Shown here one piece after another: positions 10,007 through 17,972 of a stretch of DNA of 64,000 nt. Location of the stretch: positions 2,204 to 66,203 of the forward strand of contig DAOMNN010000006.1 of assembly GCA_035443825.1 (NCBI GenBank), written 5' to 3'. The position numbers and the translations under genes are program-made. Position 1 is the first letter of the stretch. The number at the start of each line of letters is the position of its first letter. This DNA is from Rhodocyclaceae bacterium. Lineage in GTDB: Bacteria; Pseudomonadota; Gammaproteobacteria; Burkholderiales; Rhodocyclaceae. Below the pieces are notes generated by a model. That model was not told the DNA's origin and did not search any database. It was given only the letters and a program-made list of their open reading frames with translations.

Positions 10007-10315
10007 TTGGCGTTCATCAACGGTCCCGTCCCGGCGTGCTTCGAGCGCGAAGTCACCGCATCGCCGGCGCAGTTCGAGCGCGATCTGCGCAAGGCCTGGC
10101 CGGCGGGGGTCGAGTGTGTCACCGACCACATTTTTCGCCTTTGGGAAGGTGCGCTGCGGCTCGACGTCGAGGTCCGGCCGACTGGCGTGCGGCGCCTCGG
10201 CTTGTTCGAGTTGCCGCGGCTTGTGGTCACCTACCGTTTCGAGGGCGGGGACGAGGCAGCACGGCAGCGCATGCTGACCGTCCTCGATCGTGCGATGCAG
10301 CGGGGAGGCGGTTGA
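10007..10315 (+). CDS. aorE: conserved-looking small protein of unknown function, last gene of the aor operon (ends ...QRGGG)
   Basis: 102-aa ORF with a TTG start 4 nt after the aorD stop. Strong G/C third-position bias. I recognise no motif. Confidence 0.6.
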   Translation: MAFINGPVPACFEREVTASPAQFERDLRKAWPAGVECVTDHIFRLWEGALRLDVEVRPTGVRRLGLFELPRLVVTYRFEGGDEAARQRMLTVLDRAMQRGGG

Positions 10316-10382
10316 TCGGCAGCGATTGACTGACCGCATCGAGCTGCTGTCGAAACGGCCCGGTTCGGCTATCCTCTTGTAG

Positions 10383-11087
10383 ATGCCGACGTTCTCCTCG
10401 ACTTTTTCCGAAGCGTTCTCGCTGCTGGCCACCTTCGACCAGACGGTGGCCGAGATCGTCCTCCTGTCGCTGCAGGTGAGCGGGAGCGCCGTCCTGCTCG
10501 GCACCCTGGTCGGTTTGCCGCTTGGTGCCTGTCTTGCGATCGGACGATTTCCGGGCAAGAACGCTGCTGCAGTCGTCATGAACGGCCTGATGGGCCTGCC
10601 GGCGGTCGTTGTCGGCGTCGTCGTGTATCTTCTGCTTTCGCGATCGGGGCCGTTCGGCGACTTCGGCCTGCTGTATACCCCGACTGCGATGGTGATCGCG
10701 CAGACCTTGCTGGTCGTGCCGTTGATGGCAGCGATCGCGCGTCAGGTCGTCGAGGACGTCTGGCAGCGCTACGCCGAGGAACTGCAGGTCATGCGCTTCA
10801 CGTGGTGGCAGAGCGTCACGACGCTGCTTTACGACTGCAGGCACTCGCTGATGGTGGCGGTGCTGGCCGGCCTCGGTCGTGCGATGAGCGAGGTGGGTGC
10901 GGTGATGATCGTCGGCGGGAACATCGATCGGGCAACACGCGTCATGACTACCGCGATCGCGCTGGAAACGAGCAAGGGCGATCTGCCGCTCGCGATCGCG
11001 CTCGGGATCGTGCTGATCGTCGTGATTCTCGTTCTGAATGCAGGGGCCTTCGCGATGCGCGGCTGGGCCATGCGGCGCTACGGATAG
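10383..11087 (+). CDS. tupB: ABC transporter permease, tungstate (TupB-like) type
   Basis: 234 aa with about 5 hydrophobic segments. The loop GRAMSEVGAVMIVGGNIDRATRVMTTAIALETSKGD matches my memory of TupB-type permeases. It sits directly downstream of the tungsten-enzyme operon. Confidence 0.7.
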   Translation: MPTFSSTFSEAFSLLATFDQTVAEIVLLSLQVSGSAVLLGTLVGLPLGACLAIGRFPGKNAAAVVMNGLMGLPAVVVGVVVYLLLSRSGPFGDFGLLYTPTAMVIAQTLLVVPLMAAIARQVVEDVWQRYAEELQVMRFTWWQSVTTLLYDCRHSLMVAVLAGLGRAMSEVGAVMIVGGNIDRATRVMTTAIALETSKGDLPLAIALGIVLIVVILVLNAGAFAMRGWAMRRYG

Positions 11088-11093
11088 CCTCCC

Positions 11094-11807
11094 ATGTTCC
11101 CGATCCGCATCCGCGATGTGCGCTTTCGGCCGAACGGGCGCCCGGTCCTCGACGGGGTCGACCTCGATCTGGGCGACGAAGGCATCACGATGGTGCTCGG
11201 GCCGAACGGCGCCGGAAAGAGCGTGCTGTTGCGCACCCTGTGCGGGCTGATCACGCCGTCCGGGGGCATGATCGACTGGGGAGGCACCGTGCGTTCGGGC
11301 TCGGGTGTGATGATGGTGTTTCAGCATCCGATGATGCTGCGTGCCTCGGTGTTGGCGAACGTCGCGATTGCGCTCAAGCCGCAGGGGGTGGCGCGGCGCG
11401 AGCGCGATCTGCGGGCCGAGGCGGTGCTCGAACGCGTCGGGCTGGCAGGTCGGCGCGCCGATAGCGCGCGCCAGCTCTCGGGCGGGGAGCAGCAGCGCCT
11501 TGCGCTCGCACGTGCCTGGCTGACGAAACCACGCCTGCTGCTACTGGACGAACCGACCGCCAGCCTCGATCCGTCCGCGACCGCAGAGGTCGAACGCATC
11601 GTGCGCGAGATCCGCACCGACGGCACGCGCATCCTGATGGCCACCCACAACCTCGGGCAGGCCACCCGGCTGGGCGACGACGTGGTGTTCATGAGCGCTG
11701 GCAAGGTGCGCGAGCATGCCCCGGTGCAACGCTTCTTCTCCCGACCTGCGTCGGAGGAGGCGCGCCTCTTCATCCAGGGCGAATTGCCGTGGCGGATGAA
11801 TTTCTAG
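11094..11807 (+). CDS. tupC: ABC transporter ATP-binding protein (TupC-like)
   Basis: Walker A GPNGAGKS, signature LSGGEQQR, Walker B LLLLDEPT. Starts 7 nt after the permease. Confidence 0.8.
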   Translation: MFPIRIRDVRFRPNGRPVLDGVDLDLGDEGITMVLGPNGAGKSVLLRTLCGLITPSGGMIDWGGTVRSGSGVMMVFQHPMMLRASVLANVAIALKPQGVARRERDLRAEAVLERVGLAGRRADSARQLSGGEQQRLALARAWLTKPRLLLLDEPTASLDPSATAEVERIVREIRTDGTRILMATHNLGQATRLGDDVVFMSAGKVREHAPVQRFFSRPASEEARLFIQGELPWRMNF

Positions 11808-11941
11808 CCCGTATTCCTCACGCCGGCGCGTGACGAGGGCATCGGCGGTCGCAGTAGTGCAGGTGTGAGAAATACGGGCCAGTCGTCTGCTTCGTGAATC
11901 GAGGGACATGACGAAAACGATGGACCGTGGTGCGGGGTACA

Positions 11942-11972
11942 CAAGAACGCCGGCACGGGGCCGGCGTTCTTG
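11942..11972. terminator. 13-bp perfect GC-rich hairpin between the convergent tupC and TonB-receptor genes
   Basis: CAAGAACGCCGGC-acggg-GCCGGCGTTCTTG. It lies 19 nt beyond the receptor stop. No clean U-run on either side. Confidence 0.5.
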
Positions 11973-11990
11973 CAAGGCGGAAAGGTTTTC

Positions 11991-14288
11991 TCAGAACCTG
12001 ACGTTCATCCCGACATAGAACGAGCGTCCCATGCCGGGCACGACCTTGCCCCAGCGCGGCACGATGCCGACCGGATTGGAGGTCATCGTCGTGCCTTGGC
12101 CGACGTAGGCCCCGCCCAGCGGCAGATCGTAGAACCTGTCAAAGAGGTTCTCGACACCGAAGTCGACGCGCATCTGTTTCCACGAGTGACTCGCCCGCAG
12201 GTTCACCAGGCTGTAGCCGGACGTGCTGACCTCGTTCCGGACGTCGGAGACCTTGTCCTTGGCTTTCACCGCTACCAGCTCGACAGCATTGTCCCAGCCG
12301 CCGTGGCTGTGCGTGAGCGCCAATTTGGCGTTGAGCGGCATGATGTTGTACAGGTGGTCGCCGGTTTCGCGGTTCTTGCCGTTGGTGTAGTTGAGCAGAC
12401 CCCTGAACCCCCACTCGCCCCAGCCCGTTTTCGCGAGCGGCACGTGTCCGGACAGATCGATGCCGTAGATTCGTGCGGACTGGTTCGCCAGCTGCAGGAA
12501 GACGAACTGGTCGGTCGCGGTCAGATTTGCGCCAGAGCACGATCCCCCGAGGGTGGTCGGGCAGCGCACTGCATCGATGTAGTCGTTGACCCGTGTGTAG
12601 TAGGGCGTGGCCTTGAACTCCCAGCTGCGATCGGGCGCGTGCCAGTCGAAAGTGGCACTCAGGGTGTACGCTTTCTCCGGTTTCAGATCCATGTCCCCGA
12701 CATAGCCGTTGCCGTCGCCGAACCAGTTGACCATGAGCATTTCCATGCCGCGGGTTCGCCAGGTGTATCGCTCGTACAGGCTGGGAGAGCGTACCTTTCG
12801 GGCAAAACCGAATTCGATGTCGCGGGTGGCATCGATCGTATGCCGCGCGAGTGCCGTGAAATCCCAGTTGTTGTCGGTGCGCTTGCGGTCGCGCGCATTG
12901 AACGCATCAGCCTGGGTCTGGCCATTCGCCATGGCGCTGTATGGTGACACGGGACCGGTATCCGTGCGGACCCGCTCGTAGCGAGCCCCGACCAGGGTGG
13001 TCCAGCCGGATCGAACCTGCGATTCCAGCTCGGCGTAGACTGCTGTGCGGTCACGCTTGCCATCGTTGATGTTCCAGAATGTGTTCGGCCACATGCCGCC
13101 CCCCGACGCGGGCCACCAGTCGTCGAGGCGGTAGCGCTGGAACTCGCCGCCGATACGCAGCAGGTCCCCCTTCGCGAGATCGATGTTCGCCTTGAGCGTC
13201 GCGCCGGTGGTCCGGCTCTCCGTGTGCATCGGCATCCCCCACGCGCATGACGCGCTCATGGGCGAGCAGGGCACGGGATTGATGGCAGCCGGACCGCCTG
13301 AATCCCCGGCATACCAGAAGCGCTTGTCGGCGCCGAAATCCATGAAATGGTCGACCGACTCGCGATAGGCTCGCGCCTCCATCGTGCCCCAATCGAACTG
13401 ACCCAGGTAGCGCAGATTCACGCTGCGCTGCTCGTTGTCGAGCAGGTCCATGCGCTGGTTCGGCCACAGCTGGTAGGGCATGTCCTGATAGCCGAGCTTG
13501 GCTTCGAACAGATGATCGCCGCCTCGAAACGCAAAACCGAGGTTGTGGTTTCGCGTGTCGTAGGCGGTTGAGCCCACTTCATCGAGGGAAAGGGTGTGGC
13601 CGGCCCGGCCGGTCTCCCGGAACGACTTGAAGTTCCCGCCCGCCGTGTAGTTGTCGGCCCTGCTCAACGCCCCGCTGTAGGCCACATTGAAGGCTTCCGT
13701 GGCGTAGGTGGCGGAGACATTGGCGCCGCGCGCCTTGTTGTTGCTGCGATAGAAGGTACCGAATTCACCCTTGACGAGACGTTCCTGGCCTGATGTGGCG
13801 AACTCCGGAGCGGCCGTGCTGGCAATGATCGTGCCTCCAATGCTGTCACCGCCGACACTCACCGGCGTGATGCCGGCGTAGACCTGCAGCGCACCCACAT
13901 TGGTCGGATCGATATAGGACAGCGGGGGGTTCATGTGATTGGGACATGATGCGATCAGGTCCATGCCGTCGACCTTGATCCGCAGGCGGTTGTCGGCCAG
14001 GCCGTGGATCGCCGGCAGGCTCGAAACGCCGCCGGCACCATAGACGCTCATTCCGGGAACATCGCGAAGCAGTGTCGCCGTATCGCTGGTTGCCGAACGT
14101 AGGGACCGGACGGCGCCGGAGTCGACCGCAGACGAGCCGAGGAGAGACTGATCTCCGCTACTGGCTTCAACGACGATCGGGGCGAGGGTGGCTTCCTGGG
14201 CCGTAGCCAGGGGTGCGAAGGGGAGCATGGCGAGTGCCAGCGAAATCCGGCGCAGCCGGACGGGTGCGCGATTGTGTCGAGTGTTCAT
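11991..14288 (-). CDS. TonB-dependent copper receptor, OprC/NosA-like
   Basis: 765 aa with signal peptide ...LAMLPFAPLATAQEA, plug, and C-terminal ...VGMNVRF. CxxxM (SCPNHM, nt 13932-13946) and HxM (DHFMD, nt 13341-13349) match the OprC copper-site pattern. An extra Cys/Met/His patch, PCSPMSASCAWGMPMH, is present. Confidence 0.85.
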   Translation of the reverse strand: MNTRHNRAPVRLRRISLALAMLPFAPLATAQEATLAPIVVEASSGDQSLLGSSAVDSGAVRSLRSATSDTATLLRDVPGMSVYGAGGVSSLPAIHGLADNRLRIKVDGMDLIASCPNHMNPPLSYIDPTNVGALQVYAGITPVSVGGDSIGGTIIASTAAPEFATSGQERLVKGEFGTFYRSNNKARGANVSATYATEAFNVAYSGALSRADNYTAGGNFKSFRETGRAGHTLSLDEVGSTAYDTRNHNLGFAFRGGDHLFEAKLGYQDMPYQLWPNQRMDLLDNEQRSVNLRYLGQFDWGTMEARAYRESVDHFMDFGADKRFWYAGDSGGPAAINPVPCSPMSASCAWGMPMHTESRTTGATLKANIDLAKGDLLRIGGEFQRYRLDDWWPASGGGMWPNTFWNINDGKRDRTAVYAELESQVRSGWTTLVGARYERVRTDTGPVSPYSAMANGQTQADAFNARDRKRTDNNWDFTALARHTIDATRDIEFGFARKVRSPSLYERYTWRTRGMEMLMVNWFGDGNGYVGDMDLKPEKAYTLSATFDWHAPDRSWEFKATPYYTRVNDYIDAVRCPTTLGGSCSGANLTATDQFVFLQLANQSARIYGIDLSGHVPLAKTGWGEWGFRGLLNYTNGKNRETGDHLYNIMPLNAKLALTHSHGGWDNAVELVAVKAKDKVSDVRNEVSTSGYSLVNLRASHSWKQMRVDFGVENLFDRFYDLPLGGAYVGQGTTMTSNPVGIVPRWGKVVPGMGRSFYVGMNVRF

Positions 14289-14387
14289 GTCGATTCCTGA
14301 AGAGTGACTTTCGGTGCTTGCCGCAACAGGGAACTGTCTGCCGCGCGAAGGGGGCAGACGCAGTTATCGCGGCTGATCGATGGGACT

Positions 14388-14804
14388 TCAGGAAAGCAGG
14401 GGCGGAGCGCGCGGAGCGGGGTGGAGGGTGAGGAAACCCGTGCCCGACTCACCCGTCGAGGATGCGCTCACCGATGTCAGATATGCGAGGGGCGGCAGGG
14501 ACTGAGGCAGTACGGATGGGGGCGGGGCGCCGAACGATGCCGCGGCACAGACGAGGCATTCGGCCATCTGCGCTGCAGCCGCCGGAGAATCGCCCGCCCC
14601 GTCGCTTTCGGCGGCGTCAAACAGGGAGACGCGTTCGATGCCGAACGGCGTGCACACCTCGGTCCATGCGCCGGACCCGGATGCGAGCATGTATGCATGA
14701 TGCTGCGCACTGGCGAAGCCCAGTCCGACGTGCGCGAGCGCCGCGACAAAGGCGAGCCAGAGTGTGAAGCGCGGCAGGCGGAGGGCGGGGCCGAATCGGG
14801 TCAT
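14388..14804 (-). CDS. DUF2946-like small exported Cys/His protein (partner of the copper receptor)
   Basis: 138 aa with N-terminal hydrophobic segment FTLWLAFVAALAHVGLGF, then QHHAY, EVCTPFG and the CxxC motif ECLVCAA. Immediately upstream of the OprC-like gene on the same strand. Confidence 0.65.
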   Translation of the reverse strand: MTRFGPALRLPRFTLWLAFVAALAHVGLGFASAQHHAYMLASGSGAWTEVCTPFGIERVSLFDAAESDGAGDSPAAAAQMAECLVCAAASFGAPPPSVLPQSLPPLAYLTSVSASSTGESGTGFLTLHPAPRAPPLLS

Positions 14805-14875
14805 TTCGGCCCGAATCCTAACACGCAGACAAGCGACCGGATTTGCCCTGCATCAAGCTTCCGGGCCCGATTCGC

Positions 14876-16897
14876 TCAGTGTGGTACGTCCTTGGGCAGC
14901 CGGTAGCGCTGTTCGCGATAAAGCCATGCAGGCAGATGCACATGTGCGAGTGCGCGCCGTGCCATGCCGGCGGGGTCCGCAACAGGCTTGCTGTCGTCGA
15001 GTCGCTTGACGCTGGGGTCGTAGCGCGCGGATGCGGGTTCCTTCCCGGGCCGCAGCACGACCACCTCGTCGCCCTCCATCCACGCGTAGTGCTGTTCGAA
15101 CTGCATCATCGCGCGTCCCGGCGCGTCGGCCGGCTCGCTGCTGAGGTCGCGGCCGATCATGGGATGCTCGGCTTCGATACCCATCAGGGACAGCACGGTG
15201 ACAGGCAGATCGATCTGGCTCGCAACGGTGCGGATGCGTCGTGCTTCGATGTCGGCACCCAGGATCAGGCCTGGAATGTGGAAACGCTCGATCGGAACGA
15301 GGGTGTCGCCACGCACGCGAATATCGTGGTCGGCGACGATGAGGAACAGCGTGTCCTGCCAGTAGTCGCTGGCCCGTGCCATGTCGAAGAAGCGTCCGAG
15401 CGCGTAATCGGCGTACTTCACCGCATTGTTCTCGGTCGCCTTGTCCGGATCGTGCAGTTCGATACGGCCATCCGGAAACTCGAAAGGGGAATGATTCGAC
15501 GATGTGAACACGAGCGTGAAGAAGGGCTTGCCGCTTGCGTGATGCTCGAGAATCCGCTCGTGTGTGCGGGCGAACAGGTCTTCGTCGGAAACGCCCCAGC
15601 TGCCTTCGAATATCGGATCGGAAAAGTCGTTCTGGTCTACGACGCTCTGGAAGCCATTGCCCTTGAAGAAGCTGCGCATGTTGTCGAAATGCGATTCGCC
15701 GCCGTAGATGAATTCGGTGCGGTAGCCCTGTCGTGCGAGCAGGGAGGCGAGAGAGAAGAAGTTCTGCTGGGACAGTGACAGCTTCACCACGCTCTGTGCG
15801 GGCGTGGGCGGAAAGCCGGTGACTACGGCTTCGATCCCGCGGACCGAGCGCGTGCCGGTTGCGTAGAGCTGTTCGAACCACCAGCCCTGATCCTTGAGTT
15901 TTTCCAGTTTCGGCGTGACCGGAACGCCACCGAGCGACTCGACGAAAGTGGCGCCGAGGCTTTCCTCGAGGACGATCACGAGGTTGAGCGGACGCTCCCG
16001 CGCACGACTCGGAACCAGGCGCGACAGCGTCGGGATGTCGTCCGATGCGGTTGCGCCGTCCATGCGCGTCTCGCGCACGACCTTGAGTATCTCGTCGTTG
16101 GTCATGTTGCCGTAGATCTCGCTCGAGCGCGCTTCGTGCTGCAGGTTGTAGATGGCATGCAGGACCGACCAGCTCGAGTTCAGGATGAGACTGTTGACCA
16201 TGGTATCGGTCGTCAACGCGAACATGGCCGGATTGGCGGGACGATGGTCGGTGCTGGAGCGTATCGCGAACGCGAGTACCAGGAAGATCAGTGGCCAGGT
16301 CAGCCACAGGCGCAGCACCGACCAGCGTGGCGCCTCACGCAGCCAGGGGCGCATCAGCCGGGACATGCCCCAAACCGCCAGGAAGGTGCCAAGCAGGCCG
16401 GCGAACAGGTGGATGCGGAATCCCCCCCACAGCATCGAGAAGACTTCACGCGGGTATTTGAGGTGCTCGAAGAACAGGCGATTGGGGCGTACGTCGTACT
16501 CGGCGATGAAGGCAGGCGTGGCGACTTCCATGAAAAACAGCAGCGTTACCGAGGCGATCACCCAGAAGAAACTCAGTCGCCGCCACAGCGACCACGTCAG
16601 GGTGCTTCCCAGTAAGGGTGCGAGCAGTACGAGCGGCACGGCCAGCAGTCCCAGCTGAATCAGGTCGACACGAACGCCCTGAATCAGCATCTCGAGCCAC
16701 AGGCCGCTGGCGGCGACACGTTCCCATTGCCAGAGCATGAGTCCGATACGGGAAGCGGAGAGCATCAGCAGCCCGATCAAGAGCATCGCAACCAAGGGTG
16801 CGTAGGGGCCGAAACGGGAAAGAATCCTCCACGGTTCGACCGGGCCGAGTGCGGCCGCAGGCGCGGCGTGGGCGGAACCGACGCTGACGGCGCTCAT
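14876..16897 (-). CDS. LTA-synthase/phosphoglycerol-transferase family membrane sulfatase-fold protein
   Basis: Internal ATG 16897 overlaps the stop of the upstream methyltransferase (ATGA). About 5 N-terminal TM segments are followed by a sulfatase-type domain (VLEESLGATFVE, YATGTRSVRGIEA, SSNHSPF). Confidence 0.85.
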   Translation of the reverse strand: MSAVSVGSAHAAPAAALGPVEPWRILSRFGPYAPLVAMLLIGLLMLSASRIGLMLWQWERVAASGLWLEMLIQGVRVDLIQLGLLAVPLVLLAPLLGSTLTWSLWRRLSFFWVIASVTLLFFMEVATPAFIAEYDVRPNRLFFEHLKYPREVFSMLWGGFRIHLFAGLLGTFLAVWGMSRLMRPWLREAPRWSVLRLWLTWPLIFLVLAFAIRSSTDHRPANPAMFALTTDTMVNSLILNSSWSVLHAIYNLQHEARSSEIYGNMTNDEILKVVRETRMDGATASDDIPTLSRLVPSRARERPLNLVIVLEESLGATFVESLGGVPVTPKLEKLKDQGWWFEQLYATGTRSVRGIEAVVTGFPPTPAQSVVKLSLSQQNFFSLASLLARQGYRTEFIYGGESHFDNMRSFFKGNGFQSVVDQNDFSDPIFEGSWGVSDEDLFARTHERILEHHASGKPFFTLVFTSSNHSPFEFPDGRIELHDPDKATENNAVKYADYALGRFFDMARASDYWQDTLFLIVADHDIRVRGDTLVPIERFHIPGLILGADIEARRIRTVASQIDLPVTVLSLMGIEAEHPMIGRDLSSEPADAPGRAMMQFEQHYAWMEGDEVVVLRPGKEPASARYDPSVKRLDDSKPVADPAGMARRALAHVHLPAWLYREQRYRLPKDVPH

Positions 16898-17589
16898 GAT
16901 TCGTTCTTGGCCAACACGTAGACTCGCCACATGGCATAGAGCGGGACGAAGTCCAGATGCCCCATGATTGCGAATCCCGCCTCGGCGAACTCCTTTTCGA
17001 CCTGTCCGGCCGGGAGGACATACCGGTTCTGGTATGCACGGCGATCGTGACGTTCGCGGCCGTTCTCCAGGCGTTTGCGTCTCCATGCCTTGTAGTTTCC
17101 ATCCACCCACAGCGACACGATCACGCTGTCGCGGCTGACGCGATGAAACTCCCGCAGCATTGCGAGGCGATGTGTCGGATCGCCGACGTGGTGCATCAGG
17201 CGCATGCAGAAGATCGAATCCACGGCACGGTCGGGCAACGCGATGTCGAACGCCGAGGTCTGCAGTGTCCGGACTCTTGCAACCACGTGCGGCAACTGTG
17301 TGGCTTTTGCCACTTCGAGCATGTCAGCCGAGTTGTCCGCGGCAAGGATGACCCGGTTCGGATGCTCGGCCAGTACGGGCCAGAAGCGCCCGGCGCCGCA
17401 GGGTAGGTCGAGAACGAGGGTGGGATCGCCGGCGAGATGCAATGCCTTGCGTGCAAGCTGCATGTCACGCCACGTGGACAGACGTCGCGCAAGCCCGTCA
17501 CGGTGCTTGCGATAGTAGGCGGCGGCGTGGCTGCGATCATACTTCTCGGAGAACGGCAATCGTATCGGGGCGGGTGTGCTGTCTGGCAT
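16894..17589 (-). CDS. class I SAM-dependent methyltransferase
   Basis: 231 aa. Motif I VLDLPCGAGRFW, then ILAADNS and CMRLMHH. Confidence 0.85.
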   Translation of the reverse strand: MPDSTPAPIRLPFSEKYDRSHAAAYYRKHRDGLARRLSTWRDMQLARKALHLAGDPTLVLDLPCGAGRFWPVLAEHPNRVILAADNSADMLEVAKATQLPHVVARVRTLQTSAFDIALPDRAVDSIFCMRLMHHVGDPTHRLAMLREFHRVSRDSVIVSLWVDGNYKAWRRKRLENGRERHDRRAYQNRYVLPAGQVEKEFAEAGFAIMGHLDFVPLYAMWRVYVLAKNES

Positions 17590-17972
17590 TCAGGACTCTG
17601 TCAGGTGTCGACCCATGCAGCTTATGCGGCAGCGCATCAAGGAATTGTCGGCATGACGTGAAGGATTCGTGAAACGTGTGCCGCTCGCCCGATCGAGGTG
17701 GATTTCGACGGCCGCCCTTACGGGGCCGTCGTCTTGGCCTCGCCGGCATCGTCCTCGCGTTCGACCCGCTCGTTGATTTGCGCCACGGCTGGCCACTGCG
17801 GGCCGTTGCCGCGAATGGGCGCGACGCGCACTACCTCGATGAGGTCGAGGTTATCGATGCGGTCGTTCGTGATCTGGCGACGCTCTACGCTGGCGACATA
17901 CGTCCGGGGGATTCGGCGTCGGGCGGGCTATGCGTCGAATTTGGCTTGCCGCGCACCTGACAGCCGTCCGCC

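Noticed and set aside
17590-17796. 68-aa minus-strand ORF ending exactly one base before the methyltransferase ATG (TGA then ATG), considered as a coupled upstream small gene.
   Set aside because: The product (MASRGANQRAGRTRGRCRRGQDDG...) is Arg/Gly low-complexity, with no RBS and no codon-bias support. The stop/start adjacency is probably coincidental.
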